From Pirellulales bacterium (GTDB lineage Bacteria; Planctomycetota; Planctomycetia; Pirellulales; JAEUIK01): a stretch of 64,000 bases of DNA. This document shows positions 9,701-19,814 of this stretch, one piece after another. The notes under the pieces are model-generated. The model saw only the letters and a list, made by a program, of their open reading frames with translations. It searched no databases and was not told the origin of the DNA. How positions within the stretch are numbered: the first letter of the stretch is position 1; each line of letters opens with the position of its first letter. The stretch covers positions 44,517 to 108,516 of the forward strand of contig JBFXAH010000022.1 of the NCBI GenBank assembly GCA_050184475.1, in the 5' to 3' direction. The position numbers and the translations under genes are program-made.

Positions 9701-10504
9701 TCACCCCTCGCCAGGTGGCGTCGCCTGGGGGGCATCGAGCCGGCGGATTTCGTCGCGCAAGCGGGCAGCCTCTTCGAAGCGCTCGTCGGCCACGGCTTCG
9801 TCCAAGCGGCGGCGCAAGCTTTCGAGCTGCGTCGGCGGGCGCCGCCGTTCCGACGAATTGCGCTGCCCCTCGACTTGTTCGCGCCATTGTTCGAGCTGCA
9901 GAAGCTCGGCACATTGCTCGGCGCGATGCTGTTGCCGGTAGTCGGCCAGAAACTGGCGGATGCCTTTGAGCCCCGCGTCGATGACCCGCAGCGCGGTTTC
10001 AAAGTCGCGCAGCTCCACCAGCGGCGTGGCGACCGCCCGCGTGTGCATCATCGTGACGTAAGGGCGGTACTGATCGAATTGCAGCTTGCCGCGGTCGTCG
10101 GCCGCATGCTGCCGCACGAAGGCGAATAGCCGCAGGTTGCGGGCGGTGTCGCGAGCGCAGAGCTCGTAACGCCCCAAGTGCCAGAAGCTGAGATACCGAT
10201 GGTAGTACTGCACCCCTTCGCGCAGCAGGCGGCCCAGGGCTTGCTCGTCGAGCTCGAACGGGCGGTCGAGATGCGGCGCGGCCCGTAGATGGGCTTGTTG
10301 CTTGCGCTCGTAGTAGTCGAGCCACGACTCGCTGCCGCCGGGGCGCAGGCCGTCGGGGCGGCCGTCGAGCTCCATCTGCAGCAAGCCGAGATCGAGGCGC
10401 AACTGCAGCTTCTCGCGGCCATCGCTACCGGCCACGATGCGGACGGAGAAGGAGTCCGGATCGTACTCCCACCCCTCGAGAATGCCTGAAATATCTTTCG
10501 ACAC
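9701..10504 (-). CDS. UVR-motif protein, unknown function
   Basis: 267 aa. The C-terminus ERFEEAARLRDEIRRL matches the UvrB/UvrC (UVR) motif. Co-oriented with the SET gene, with a 72-nt gap. Confidence 0.65.
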   Translation of the reverse strand: MSKDISGILEGWEYDPDSFSVRIVAGSDGREKLQLRLDLGLLQMELDGRPDGLRPGGSESWLDYYERKQQAHLRAAPHLDRPFELDEQALGRLLREGVQYYHRYLSFWHLGRYELCARDTARNLRLFAFVRQHAADDRGKLQFDQYRPYVTMMHTRAVATPLVELRDFETALRVIDAGLKGIRQFLADYRQQHRAEQCAELLQLEQWREQVEGQRNSSERRRPPTQLESLRRRLDEAVADERFEEAARLRDEIRRLDAPQATPPGEG

Positions 10505-10626
10505 CGCCGCGCTTCAAGCGACCGCCAATTCAGGGGTACTGCCGGTGGCCCAATCGGCCTCGTCGCCGCACCGCCAGGCGACCAGCCGCGCGGAGCGAAC
10601 CACCTCGCGAGACCTGGCCGGGCGAA

Positions 10627-11913
10627 TCATTCGGCCGAGTCGCGGGTGACCGGTTCCATCACCTTGGTATTGCGTTCCACCGCCAGCACGATCGTGCGTT
10701 GTTCGACGCCATCGGCACTGGAGGCCACGGCCGGGATTACCTGCCGGCAATTCGGCATGCTGTACCGCACAGTGAACGTGCCATCGGGACGCAAGGTGAC
10801 CGGCTCTCCCTGCAGCATCACGTGGGCCGAAGCTTCGCTGCGGCCGTACACGATCAACTCGGCGTCGAGTTCGAACACGAACTCCCGCTTGCGTTGCGAG
10901 CCAGCCACGATCCCGGCCCCCATGCGGGCCAACATCGGTTTGCCCATCGGGCGACGCAGCCGCTCTTCGAACAGCTCTTGCAGCTCGTGGGCCGAACCGT
11001 CGCTCGCGTAGCCGCCACTCATGGCGTAGATGCGGTCGAAGTTTTCGGCGACGTCGCTCCAGTTCTCGTCAATCGCGTCGGTGGAGGCCGCCTGCGGCGT
11101 AGTCACCACGTTGCTGCGCGCCAGCATGAAGAACCGGTCGTTGGCCGTCAGATAACCGATGTCGAGCCGATACGAGCAAGGCGGTTCCTGCACGTCGACA
11201 TACCAGTTATTGACGCCGCCATGGACGTCGATGTGACGGATCACCCGCTCGGCAGTGCTGGTCGTGGCGCCGCTGGAAACATCCAATAGCCGCAGCACCG
11301 GGCGGGCCGTGTGCCAGTCTTGCCCCAGCGCTGCTTCGGCCCGCAACACCCCGTGACGGCTCAACTCCCAGTAGGCGTGCAGCCAATACGGATCGCGGAC
11401 CATGACGATCAGGCGATCTTTCTTGTAGCCGTCGGGCTGGCCGGGAGGCGTGCGGAACGCCAAGTTCTTGAAGCGGTTTTGCGCGGCCTTGGCTTCGTTC
11501 AGCCGACGCGCGACCACCGGCGACTTCGGACGAGGCTTGGCGGCCGGCGTGGGAGCCTTCGGCGTAAGCGACTTTGAGCTCGCCGGCTTGGTCTGCGACT
11601 TCGATTTCGGCAACGCGGCGCTTTTCGATCGCGCGGCCGCCGGCGACTTGCCATGTGCCGCGACGCCATTGCGCGAGGCGCTGCGCGAAACCACGCCGCG
11701 CGTCGCCGATTTCTTGGTGCGGGCAGGCGAGCCCGACTTGCCGCTGGCCACCGACTTGGCGGCCGGAGCCTTCTTGGCGCGGGCCGGTTGCGTCTTGGCC
11801 AACGCGCGAACCAACTGGTCTTTGCGCATGTCGTGCCAGCCACGGACGCCGCGGCGCTTGGCCAGTTCGACGAGTTCGCGCAGGGGAAGTGTTTTCAGAT
11901 TCTCGACAGCCAT
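10627..11913 (-). CDS. Rho_N/SAP-like domain, K/A/P-rich basic linker and DUF4912-like C-terminal domain
   Basis: MAVENLKTLPLRELVELAKRRGVRGWHDMRKDQLVRALAK is a Rho N-terminal-type helix pair. About 100 aa of AKKAPAAKS...KPRPKSP low complexity follows. The C-terminal WLHAYWEL core matches my recollection of DUF4912. ATG at 11913 was chosen over the ORF start at 12159. Confidence 0.75.
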   Translation of the reverse strand: MAVENLKTLPLRELVELAKRRGVRGWHDMRKDQLVRALAKTQPARAKKAPAAKSVASGKSGSPARTKKSATRGVVSRSASRNGVAAHGKSPAAARSKSAALPKSKSQTKPASSKSLTPKAPTPAAKPRPKSPVVARRLNEAKAAQNRFKNLAFRTPPGQPDGYKKDRLIVMVRDPYWLHAYWELSRHGVLRAEAALGQDWHTARPVLRLLDVSSGATTSTAERVIRHIDVHGGVNNWYVDVQEPPCSYRLDIGYLTANDRFFMLARSNVVTTPQAASTDAIDENWSDVAENFDRIYAMSGGYASDGSAHELQELFEERLRRPMGKPMLARMGAGIVAGSQRKREFVFELDAELIVYGRSEASAHVMLQGEPVTLRPDGTFTVRYSMPNCRQVIPAVASSADGVEQRTIVLAVERNTKVMEPVTRDSAE

Positions 11914-12511
11914 CGCAGGACCTGTCTCTCGAGGCGGAGCGTCTCCGTTTCGAGCGGAGCACGAACGTGCAACGTCGAGACAGCGACGGGTAATGCATCG
12001 TCCCTGATGACTGAGCGGTACCCTCGCGGGCACTGGCGCTCCTGTGCCCCCCCGGGCACCCGGTGTATTTGTGCCCCGCTGGGGCACCGGATAGTCGTGT
12101 GCCCCGGTCAGACGCGAATCCAAGTCGCATCTGCTGAGCACATAAGTGCTTGCAGCCAAAGGGTCCGGCGATTGTTGGCACCCTTGGCCGCGATGTCGAG
12201 TCGTCCCGAACGCGGAGCTCGTTCCGGCCTGGGTCAGGCCAGATAAGGACCGACTCTCGGGGAGCAGTTCCCCCCCATTAAGGGGAAGGAGCAGCTCTAC
12301 TTTCCCGAGATTTGAGTCTAATCGACCCCCTGGTGAAACGCAATCCGAATTGGCAGCCGGCCGGCCAGCCGCCGCGTTTTCCTACGGATGGCGAGCCCAT
12401 TTGGACCGATTGCACCCGGGATCGCACCCCCCGTAGGTCTTAAACACCGAAACCAGCCACGAGGACCCGCGCGGTGGACAAATGTTCGCCAAGTCTAGTG
12501 ACCGCCGTCAC

Positions 12512-13276
12512 TTACTTCGCGTCGTGGAAGATAATTCCCAGGGTCAGACGCTCGCCGCTGTGCAGCCGGCTCACGCCATGCCGCATGCTGACACGGTAGA
12601 AGCCGCGCGTTCCCCGCACCGGTCGCTGGCGCACCGGGAAAATCACCCCCTGGCCCGCCTCGAGCGGCACCACTTCGACGCGCGACTGCATTCGCGGACG
12701 CTGCTGCGTCAGGACGAACTCGCCACCGGTAAAGTCGCGCCCTGGCTGGCTCAGCAGCAGGGCCACCTGCAGCGGAAAGACGTGCTCGCCATACAGATCC
12801 TGGTGCAGGCAATTAAAGTCGTCGGGTTGGTAGCGCAGCAGCAGCGGAGTCGGTTTCTCCTGGCCGGCGTCGTGACAACGGCGCAGGAACTCGGCGTGCT
12901 CGGTCGGAAAGCGGACGTCGATCGCCAGCGCCTCGTGCCAGCGATTGGCGATCTCGGCCAGCGGCGGATAGAAGGCCCCGCGCAACGCCGCGACGATCGC
13001 CGGCAACGGATAGGCAAAGTACTTGTACTCGCCGCGCCCATATCCGTGTCGGGCCATGACGATCTGCTTGCGGAACAATTCGTCGTGCGCATAGCTGGCC
13101 CGCAGTTCGGCGCAAACCTCAGGCGAAAGAAGCCGCGGGGTGACCGCGGCACCGTGCTCGTCGAGGTCGGCGGCCAGGGCAGTCCAATCGAGGGCGTTGA
13201 CCGCCAGGGTCGAATCCTCGGTAGCGTCCACAGGCATCGTTGTCTGGTTTTCGACCTTGTTCGACACGGAATACAC
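12512..13276 (-). CDS. 2OG-Fe(II) oxygenase (COG3826/PF09859-like by recollection)
   Basis: HxD...H facial triad: LLLRYQPDDFNCLHQDLYGEHVFPLQV ... MRHGVSRL. A start at M14 (MPVDATED) is also possible. Confidence 0.75.
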   Translation of the reverse strand: MYSVSNKVENQTTMPVDATEDSTLAVNALDWTALAADLDEHGAAVTPRLLSPEVCAELRASYAHDELFRKQIVMARHGYGRGEYKYFAYPLPAIVAALRGAFYPPLAEIANRWHEALAIDVRFPTEHAEFLRRCHDAGQEKPTPLLLRYQPDDFNCLHQDLYGEHVFPLQVALLLSQPGRDFTGGEFVLTQQRPRMQSRVEVVPLEAGQGVIFPVRQRPVRGTRGFYRVSMRHGVSRLHSGERLTLGIIFHDAK

Positions 13277-13395
13277 CGTCGCGCGGCCAGCGTCGAGTTG
13301 ATCGTAGGTTCACACGGAGTAGAGCCGACCCGGCCCTATTATTCGGCACGCGTCGCTCAAAGGACAAACCCTCTGGCGTGCGGTACAATTCTCGC

Positions 13396-14256
13396 ATGCC
13401 TGAAACTTCATCACATGGCGCTGCGGCCGACAGTTGGGCCGGCGCGCCCGGCGCGGCTGCTGGGCCATTCTCGCCCGACGAAGTTGATCAGTACCAGCGC
13501 GACGGCTACTTGATCGTGCGCGGCTTGTTCGCGGCTGACGAAATGGCGGCCCTGCTCGACTACGCGCGCCGCGACCCGGCCCTGCAATCGAGCGCGTACG
13601 ACCGGCTCGACAGCAGTGGCGCCCGCACCCGGTTGGCCTTGTGGAACCAGGCCGGCGACGACTTGTACAGCTTGTTCTCGCGCAGTCCGCGACTGGTCGA
13701 GCGGGCGTCGCAACTCTTGGCCGACGAGGTCTATCACTGGCACACCAAGATGATGCTCAAGGAGCCGCGGGTTGGCGGCGCCTGGGAATGGCATCAAGAC
13801 TACGGCTACTGGTACGCGAACGCCTGCTTGTACCCCGACCTGGTCAGCGCGATGATCGCCGTCGACGTGGCCACGCGCGAGAACGGCTGCCTGCAGGTGC
13901 TGCGCGGCTCGCACCGGCTGGGGCGGATCGATCACATGAAAGTGGGCGATCAGACGGGGGCCGACCCCGAGCGCGTCGCCGAAGCCGAACGGCGACACGA
14001 ATTGGTGTACGTCGAAGCCGAGCCGGGAGACACCCTCTTCTTTCACGCAAACTTGCTGCACCGCTCGGATCAGAATCGCTCCGACGCACCGCGCTGGTCA
14101 TTGATCGCCTGCTATAACGCCCGGCACAACGATCCGTATCGCGAGACTCGGCATCCGCGCTACTCGCCGCTGGAAAAGACGACCGATGCGGCGATCCGCG
14201 ATTGGGCTCGCCGACGGTCGAGTGCCAACGAGGTGGCCGGGCAGGCATCTCCATGA
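13396..14256 (+). CDS. Phytanoyl-CoA dioxygenase (PhyH) family oxygenase
   Basis: FSPDEVDQYQRDGYLIVRGLF...WEWHQDYGYW...FFHANLLHRSDQN. ATG at 13396 was chosen. Confidence 0.85.
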   Translation: MPETSSHGAAADSWAGAPGAAAGPFSPDEVDQYQRDGYLIVRGLFAADEMAALLDYARRDPALQSSAYDRLDSSGARTRLALWNQAGDDLYSLFSRSPRLVERASQLLADEVYHWHTKMMLKEPRVGGAWEWHQDYGYWYANACLYPDLVSAMIAVDVATRENGCLQVLRGSHRLGRIDHMKVGDQTGADPERVAEAERRHELVYVEAEPGDTLFFHANLLHRSDQNRSDAPRWSLIACYNARHNDPYRETRHPRYSPLEKTTDAAIRDWARRRSSANEVAGQASP

Positions 14257-15761
14257 GCGACGCCGACCTGTCGACCCCCCCAGGCGAATCGCTACCGACG
14301 TTGGCCGAGTACGACGAGCCGCCGCCGCGACGGATCGGCTGGCCGGTCGTGGCCTGGCTGGTGATTCTCGCGTTGACAGCGCTCATTGCCTGGGGGCAGG
14401 CGTCGCGCGGCAAGCCCCGCGACGGTGACGCCGAACCGAAACCGACGAGCGACGCGCAGTCGTTTGTGTTCGACTTGCAGACGCGCTACATCATCGGGGC
14501 CGTCAACAGCGGTCTGCCAATCAAGGACTCCGAGCGAAGGCAGTTCTTCGATCAATTGCAGGGCATGACCGGCGGCGGCAATCGGCTGCGGTTGGTCGTG
14601 GCCGCCGGCGAGATTGTCGGCCCACAACAAGCGCTTGCAGAGATCGACGAACTGCCCGACGAGCTGCGCGACACGCCCGACGTGCAGACGCTCGAGCGGT
14701 TGTACAAGAGTTATGCGGCAGCGCCAGAGGCGCAGAGCAAGCCCGAGGCCGAGCGCAACGACGCCGAACAAGTGGCAGTCGAATCGCTGAGCGCGCCGCC
14801 GATTTCCCAGCAGGAACGTGAAAAGCTCGTCGACCGTCTGGGGTGGTTCGCCTCCTTGGCGTTGGCCCCCCCTGGTACACAGGACAAGTTGGCTCGAACC
14901 GAGGCGCTGGCCCCGGCCCAGCGAACGTTCGGCCTGGTGATCGGCGGCCTGGGGCTCGGTTGCGTGGCGGCGCTGCTGGGTTTTGTGATGCTCATCGCGC
15001 TGCTGGTCTTTGCCGCGCAAGGCAATCTGCGCGGCTTGCAGACCGGCTCGCCGTATGGTGGTGTCTATGCCGAGACGTTTGCCGCTTGGATGGCGCTCTT
15101 CCTGGGGTTGAGCTTTCTGGGTCGATATCTAAAAGACTATCTCCCTCTGCCGGCGACGCTCTTGGTGACCTTTGCCGGCAGTCTCTTGGCGATCGGTTGG
15201 CCGTTGCTGCGGGGCGTGCCCTGGGGCACGTTGCGTCGCGACATTGGCTGGATCGGCGGCCGGGCCGGTATCGGCGAGCCGTTCGTCGGTATCGGTTGCT
15301 ACCTGATGGGCATTCCGATTCTGATGGTCGGGCTCGTGGCGACGATCATCATCGTCAAGCTGAGCGGAGCGGGGGCCGAGGCGGGCCCGCCGCTGCCGTC
15401 GCACCCGCTGGTCGAAATGGTCGCCCACGGCAATTGGCTGTGGCGCGTGCTGCTGTTGATCGACGCGGCCGTGCTGGCGCCGATCATCGAAGAGACCATG
15501 TTTCGCGGGGTGCTGTACCGCCATCTGCGCGAGGCATCGGGCCGTTGGGCCCGCTGGCTGAGCGTGCTGGCGAGCGCGACCGTTACCAGCTTTCTGTTTG
15601 CGATCATCCATCCGCAGGGATGGATGGCGGTTCCGGCGCTGATGGCTTTGGCCTACACTTTCAGCATTGCCCGCGAATGGCGCGAATCGCTGATTCCGTG
15701 CATGGTGGCTCACGGCGTGCAGAACGGTTTGGTGTTCGCCGTGTTGATGTCGGTGATGTAA
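14253..15761 (+). CDS. CPBP (CAAX/Abi) family intramembrane metalloprotease with a long N-terminal extension
   Basis: Motifs APIIEETMFRGVLY, FAIIHPQ and MVAHGVQN. The start ATG at 14253 overlaps the PhyH stop codon (ATGA). Confidence 0.85.
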   Translation: MSDADLSTPPGESLPTLAEYDEPPPRRIGWPVVAWLVILALTALIAWGQASRGKPRDGDAEPKPTSDAQSFVFDLQTRYIIGAVNSGLPIKDSERRQFFDQLQGMTGGGNRLRLVVAAGEIVGPQQALAEIDELPDELRDTPDVQTLERLYKSYAAAPEAQSKPEAERNDAEQVAVESLSAPPISQQEREKLVDRLGWFASLALAPPGTQDKLARTEALAPAQRTFGLVIGGLGLGCVAALLGFVMLIALLVFAAQGNLRGLQTGSPYGGVYAETFAAWMALFLGLSFLGRYLKDYLPLPATLLVTFAGSLLAIGWPLLRGVPWGTLRRDIGWIGGRAGIGEPFVGIGCYLMGIPILMVGLVATIIIVKLSGAGAEAGPPLPSHPLVEMVAHGNWLWRVLLLIDAAVLAPIIEETMFRGVLYRHLREASGRWARWLSVLASATVTSFLFAIIHPQGWMAVPALMALAYTFSIAREWRESLIPCMVAHGVQNGLVFAVLMSVM

Positions 15762-15829
15762 AGCGGCTACCGCCCGCCGACGGACCAGCCTCGTCGATCA
15801 ACAACACTTGCCAAGACAAGGAATCGACC

Positions 15830-17533
15830 GTGACTGACTACTTGCACCGCGCGTGGGCGGCCTGCCTGTTGGGAAGCGTGATGACGATGAGCATCCTTTC
15901 GACCGCCGCCCGCGCCGCCGACGACACCCAGGCTGCCGCCGAGGCGTTCATCGCCGGGCACCTGGAGAAAATCCGCCCGCTGGAAATCGAAGTCAACCGC
16001 AGTTGGTGGTTGGCCAACACCACCGGCGAGGACGAAGCCTTTGCCCGCAAGCAAGAGCTCGAGACGCAGTTGGACGTCGCGCTGTCGGACCCCGCGCGGT
16101 TCGCCGAGTTGAAGAAGCTGCACGAGAACCCGCCGGCCGACAAGCTGCTGGCGCGGCAGATCGAAGTGCTTTACCTGTGGTACCTGGGCAAGCAGGTGCC
16201 GCGCGAGCTGCTGGAAAAGATGATCGCCAAGTCCAACGCGGTCGAGCAGGCGTTCAACGTCTATCGCCCCAAGGTCGACGGCCGCGAGGTGACCGACAGC
16301 GAGATTCGCAAGATTCTCGCGCAGTCGAACGAATCGGAGCGGCGCCGGCTGATGTGGGAGGCCAGCAAGGAGGTGGGGGCCGTCGTCGAGGCCGATCTCA
16401 AGGCGCTGGTCGCGCTGCGCAACGAGGCCGCCAAGCAGCTCGGTTTCAAGAACTATCACGCCATGCAGTTGTTTCTCAACGAGCAGAGCCAGGATCAGGT
16501 GCTGGCGCTGTTCGATGAGCTCGACACGCTGACCCGCGAGCCGTATCTGGCCGCCAAGCGCGACATCGACGCGCGGTTGAGCCAGATGATGGGGACCACG
16601 ATCGACGAACTGCAACCCTGGCACTACCACGATCCGTTTTTCCAGGAGTCGCCGGCGGTTTTCGACGCCGATCTCGACAAGGTCTATGAGAAGGTCGACA
16701 TCCTCAAGCTCTGCCGCGAGTTCTACGCCGGCATCGGTTTGCCGATCGACGACGTCTTGGGCCGTAGCGACCTGTACGAGAAGCCGGGCAAGAGCCCGCA
16801 CGCCTTCTGCACCGACATCGACCGCGAGGGGGATGTCCGCGTGCTGGCCAACATCGTGCCGAACGAAAAGTGGATGGCCACGATGCTGCATGAGCTGGGG
16901 CACTCGGTCTATTCGAGCAAGTACATTCCGCGCAGCCTGCCGTATGTGGTCCGCTCGCACTCGCATATCCTCACCACCGAAGGGGTGGCGATGATGTTCG
17001 AGCGCTTCAGCAAGAATGCCGACTGGCTGGCCGCCATGCAGGTCGAGGTGGCCGATCCCTCGGCCTTCAACGAGGCGGGGGCCCTGATGCGCCGCAATCA
17101 GTTGCTGATCTTCTCGCGCTGGTGCCAGGTGATGTTGCGATTCGAGAAGTCGCTGTACGAGAATCCCGATCAGGACCTCAACGCCCTGTGGTGGAACCTG
17201 GTCGAAAAGTACCAGGGGGTGCGCAAGCCCAAGGACCGCAACCTGCCCGACTACGCGGCGAAGATTCACATCGTCAGCGCGCCGGCGTATTACCACAATT
17301 ACATGTTGGGGCAGTTGTTTGCTTCGCAGGTGCACGCGGCGATCTGCCGCGACGTGCTCGGCGGAGCGCCGCCGGCCGACGCGATCTACGTCGGCAACAA
17401 GCGCGCGGGGCAGTTCATGCTCGAGCGCGTGTTTGCCCCCGGCGCGACCCTCAGTTGGAATGAGCTCACCAAGCATGCGACCGGCGAAGAGCTCAACGCC
17501 AAGGCCTTTGCCGACGAGTTCCGCGCAAAGTAG
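15830..17533 (+). CDS. Secreted M2-family (ACE-like) zinc metallopeptidase
   Basis: Signal peptide ...MSILSTAARAADD. HELGHSVYSSKYIPRSLPYVVRSHSHILTTEGVA aligns with ACE [33 protein letters not shown]. A GTG start at 15830 follows AAGGA. The upstream part of ORF 14843..17533 overlaps the CPBP gene and was rejected. Confidence 0.75.
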   Translation: MTDYLHRAWAACLLGSVMTMSILSTAARAADDTQAAAEAFIAGHLEKIRPLEIEVNRSWWLANTTGEDEAFARKQELETQLDVALSDPARFAELKKLHENPPADKLLARQIEVLYLWYLGKQVPRELLEKMIAKSNAVEQAFNVYRPKVDGREVTDSEIRKILAQSNESERRRLMWEASKEVGAVVEADLKALVALRNEAAKQLGFKNYHAMQLFLNEQSQDQVLALFDELDTLTREPYLAAKRDIDARLSQMMGTTIDELQPWHYHDPFFQESPAVFDADLDKVYEKVDILKLCREFYAGIGLPIDDVLGRSDLYEKPGKSPHAFCTDIDREGDVRVLANIVPNEKWMATMLHELGHSVYSSKYIPRSLPYVVRSHSHILTTEGVAMMFERFSKNADWLAAMQVEVADPSAFNEAGALMRRNQLLIFSRWCQVMLRFEKSLYENPDQDLNALWWNLVEKYQGVRKPKDRNLPDYAAKIHIVSAPAYYHNYMLGQLFASQVHAAICRDVLGGAPPADAIYVGNKRAGQFMLERVFAPGATLSWNELTKHATGEELNAKAFADEFRAK

Positions 17534-17664
17534 CCGCGGCCACGTGAAGCGAAGCTACCGGCGCGACCCTGATGGGGCACTGCGGTACAATGCAGTAGTC
17601 AGCGTCGCGGCCTGGGCACGGCGGTTGGCGGCCGTACGAATCGCGAAATGGGGAGCTCGTCGAA

Positions 17665-19791
17665 ATGCCATCCGCCCCGCCACCAGAAAAGGACAAGAAG
17701 CCCGAGAACCAGCCCCCGTACTGGGCCCAGTGGCGGCTGTTGCTTCCCTACATCCTGCTGGGATTCATGATCCTCTGGCTGTGGCAGGATGTCTTCCTGG
17801 CCAGCACGATTCAGACGATCCCCTACAGCGAGTTCAAGCGCTATCTGGCGGCCGGCCAGGTTGTCGAGTGCAACATTCGCGAGGATTGGATCGAGGGGAA
17901 GATCGATCCGACCCGCCCCGCTAAGCCGTTGCCCGCCGGCGCCGGCGCGAAAACCGACGGGGCCGCTCCGCCCGCGGCCCAGCCTGACCAAAGTGTCGCG
18001 CCGGCCGAAGAGCAACCAGCCGAGCCGGCCCAGGCGACAACCCCGCCGCCGCCGGCAGCCAAGCCCGAGGCCAAGCCGGCCACCTCGAAGTCCGACAAGG
18101 CCGACGAAGCCAAGCAAGAGCCCTTCTCGTTCTACACGGTGCGCGTCGAAGACGACAAACTCATCGAACAACTCCAGGCCCACGGCGTCGACTACAAAGG
18201 GGTCCGGCAAGGGCCGTTGTCGTCGCTGATCCTGGCCTGGGTGTTGCCGATCATCATCCTCGTCGGATTGTGGTTGTTTGTGTCGCGGCGGATCGGCGCC
18301 GCCGGTCAAGCGATGATGTCGTTCGGCAAGAGCCGGGCACGTCTGGTGGCCGACAAAGATACCGGCGTCAACTTCGCCGACGTGGCCGGCTGCGACGAAG
18401 CCAAGTACGAATTGCAGGAAGTCGTCGACTTTCTCAAGAACCCTAAACGCTACGAGGCACTTGGCGCCAAGATCCCCAAGGGCGTGCTGCTCGTCGGTCC
18501 GCCAGGGACCGGCAAAACCTTGCTGGCCCGCGCGGTCGCCGGCGAAGCCAAGGTGGCCTTCTACTCGCTCAGCGGCAGCGACTTCGTCGAAATGTTCGTC
18601 GGCGTCGGGGCTTCGCGGGTGCGCGACCTGTTCGCCCAGGCCAAAGCGACCGCGCCCTGCATCATCTTCATCGACGAGCTCGACGCCATCGGCCGGCAAC
18701 GCGGCGTGCATGTCGGCGCGGTGAACGACGAACGCGAACAGACGCTCAACCAGTTGCTGGTCGAAATGGATGGCTTCGCGGCCAATGTCGGCATCATCAT
18801 TCTGGCGGCCACGAACCGGCCCGACGTGCTCGACCGTGCGTTGTTGCGCCCCGGGCGGTTCGATCGCCAGGTCGTGGTCGACGCTCCCGACATCGACGGC
18901 CGCGAGGCCATTCTCAAGGTGCACTCGCGCGACAAGCCGCTGGCGGCCGACGTCAATCTGAAGCAAATCGCGCAAGGCACGCCCGGCTTCTCCGGCGCCG
19001 ACCTGGCCAACGCCCTGAACGAAGCCGCCTTGTTGGCTGCCCGTCGCAACGCCCGCGAAATCCACCAACAAGACCTCGAAGAGGCGATCGAAAAGGTCGT
19101 GGCCGGGCCGGAGCGCAAAAGCCGCCGGCTCGACGCCGAAGAGCGCCGCCGTGTCGCTTATCACGAGGTGGGGCATGCGCTGGTCGCCGCCCACAGCGAG
19201 CACGCCGACCCCGTGCACAAGATCAGCATCGTGCCGCGCGGTCGGGCGGCGCTCGGCTATACGCTGCAACTGCCCGAAGGGCAGCAGTTTCTCATGACCC
19301 GCTCGGAGCTGGTCGATCGCATCCGGGGCATGCTTGGTGGCCGGGCAGCCGAGGAGATCGTCTTCTCCGAAGTCAGCACCGGCGCCGAGAACGATCTGGA
19401 ACGCGCCACGGCCTTGGCCCGGCAAATGGTTTGCGCCTTCGGCATGAGCGACCGCGTGGGGCTGGTGCACTGCGGTCATCGCACCAATCCGTTCGTCGGC
19501 CCCTTGGACGACGGAGCGCTGGAGCGCGACTTCAGCGAGCGAACCGCCGAACAGGTCGACGACGAGGTGAAGCAGATTCTCGACGATGCTTATATCCGGG
19601 CGAAGCAGATTCTCTCGGAGCATCGCGATCAGTTGGAGCGTGTCAGCGAAGAATTGATGCGCCGCGAGACGCTCGACGCCCAGGCGTTCAAGCAGTTGCT
19701 ATCGCACACCGGCGGTGGCGACGCCCATCTCGACGACAAAGAGACGGGACTACGGGCCGCGGCCGACTCGGCGGCTGGGACCGCCGAGTAA
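17665..19791 (+). CDS. ftsH: ATP-dependent zinc metalloprotease FtsH
   Basis: Walker [19 protein letters not shown], Walker [33 protein letters not shown] and zinc site HEVGHAL. Confidence 0.97.
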   Translation: MPSAPPPEKDKKPENQPPYWAQWRLLLPYILLGFMILWLWQDVFLASTIQTIPYSEFKRYLAAGQVVECNIREDWIEGKIDPTRPAKPLPAGAGAKTDGAAPPAAQPDQSVAPAEEQPAEPAQATTPPPPAAKPEAKPATSKSDKADEAKQEPFSFYTVRVEDDKLIEQLQAHGVDYKGVRQGPLSSLILAWVLPIIILVGLWLFVSRRIGAAGQAMMSFGKSRARLVADKDTGVNFADVAGCDEAKYELQEVVDFLKNPKRYEALGAKIPKGVLLVGPPGTGKTLLARAVAGEAKVAFYSLSGSDFVEMFVGVGASRVRDLFAQAKATAPCIIFIDELDAIGRQRGVHVGAVNDEREQTLNQLLVEMDGFAANVGIIILAATNRPDVLDRALLRPGRFDRQVVVDAPDIDGREAILKVHSRDKPLAADVNLKQIAQGTPGFSGADLANALNEAALLAARRNAREIHQQDLEEAIEKVVAGPERKSRRLDAEERRRVAYHEVGHALVAAHSEHADPVHKISIVPRGRAALGYTLQLPEGQQFLMTRSELVDRIRGMLGGRAAEEIVFSEVSTGAENDLERATALARQMVCAFGMSDRVGLVHCGHRTNPFVGPLDDGALERDFSERTAEQVDDEVKQILDDAYIRAKQILSEHRDQLERVSEELMRRETLDAQAFKQLLSHTGGGDAHLDDKETGLRAAADSAAGTAE

Positions 19792-19814
19792 ATTGCTTCT
19801 TGTCGCGGTGCCGC

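Noticed and set aside
14843-15829. N-terminal 329 codons of the 896-aa ORF 14843..17533.
   Set aside because: This part overlaps the CPBP protease gene in another frame and translates to low-complexity Arg/Gly/Ala sequence. The peptidase homology and a signal peptide begin at the GTG at 15830.
17599-19623. 674-aa minus-strand ORF antisense to ftsH. The same pattern applies to 24358..26244 (antisense to rnr), 15767..17476 (antisense to the M2 peptidase), 40188..41996, 52788..54401, 53348..55420 and 21928..23181.
   Set aside because: These are long stop-free antisense or out-of-frame ORFs, as expected in high-GC DNA. Their translations are Arg/Ala/Gly/Pro-rich with no motifs. The opposite strand in each case encodes a protein with unambiguous family signatures.
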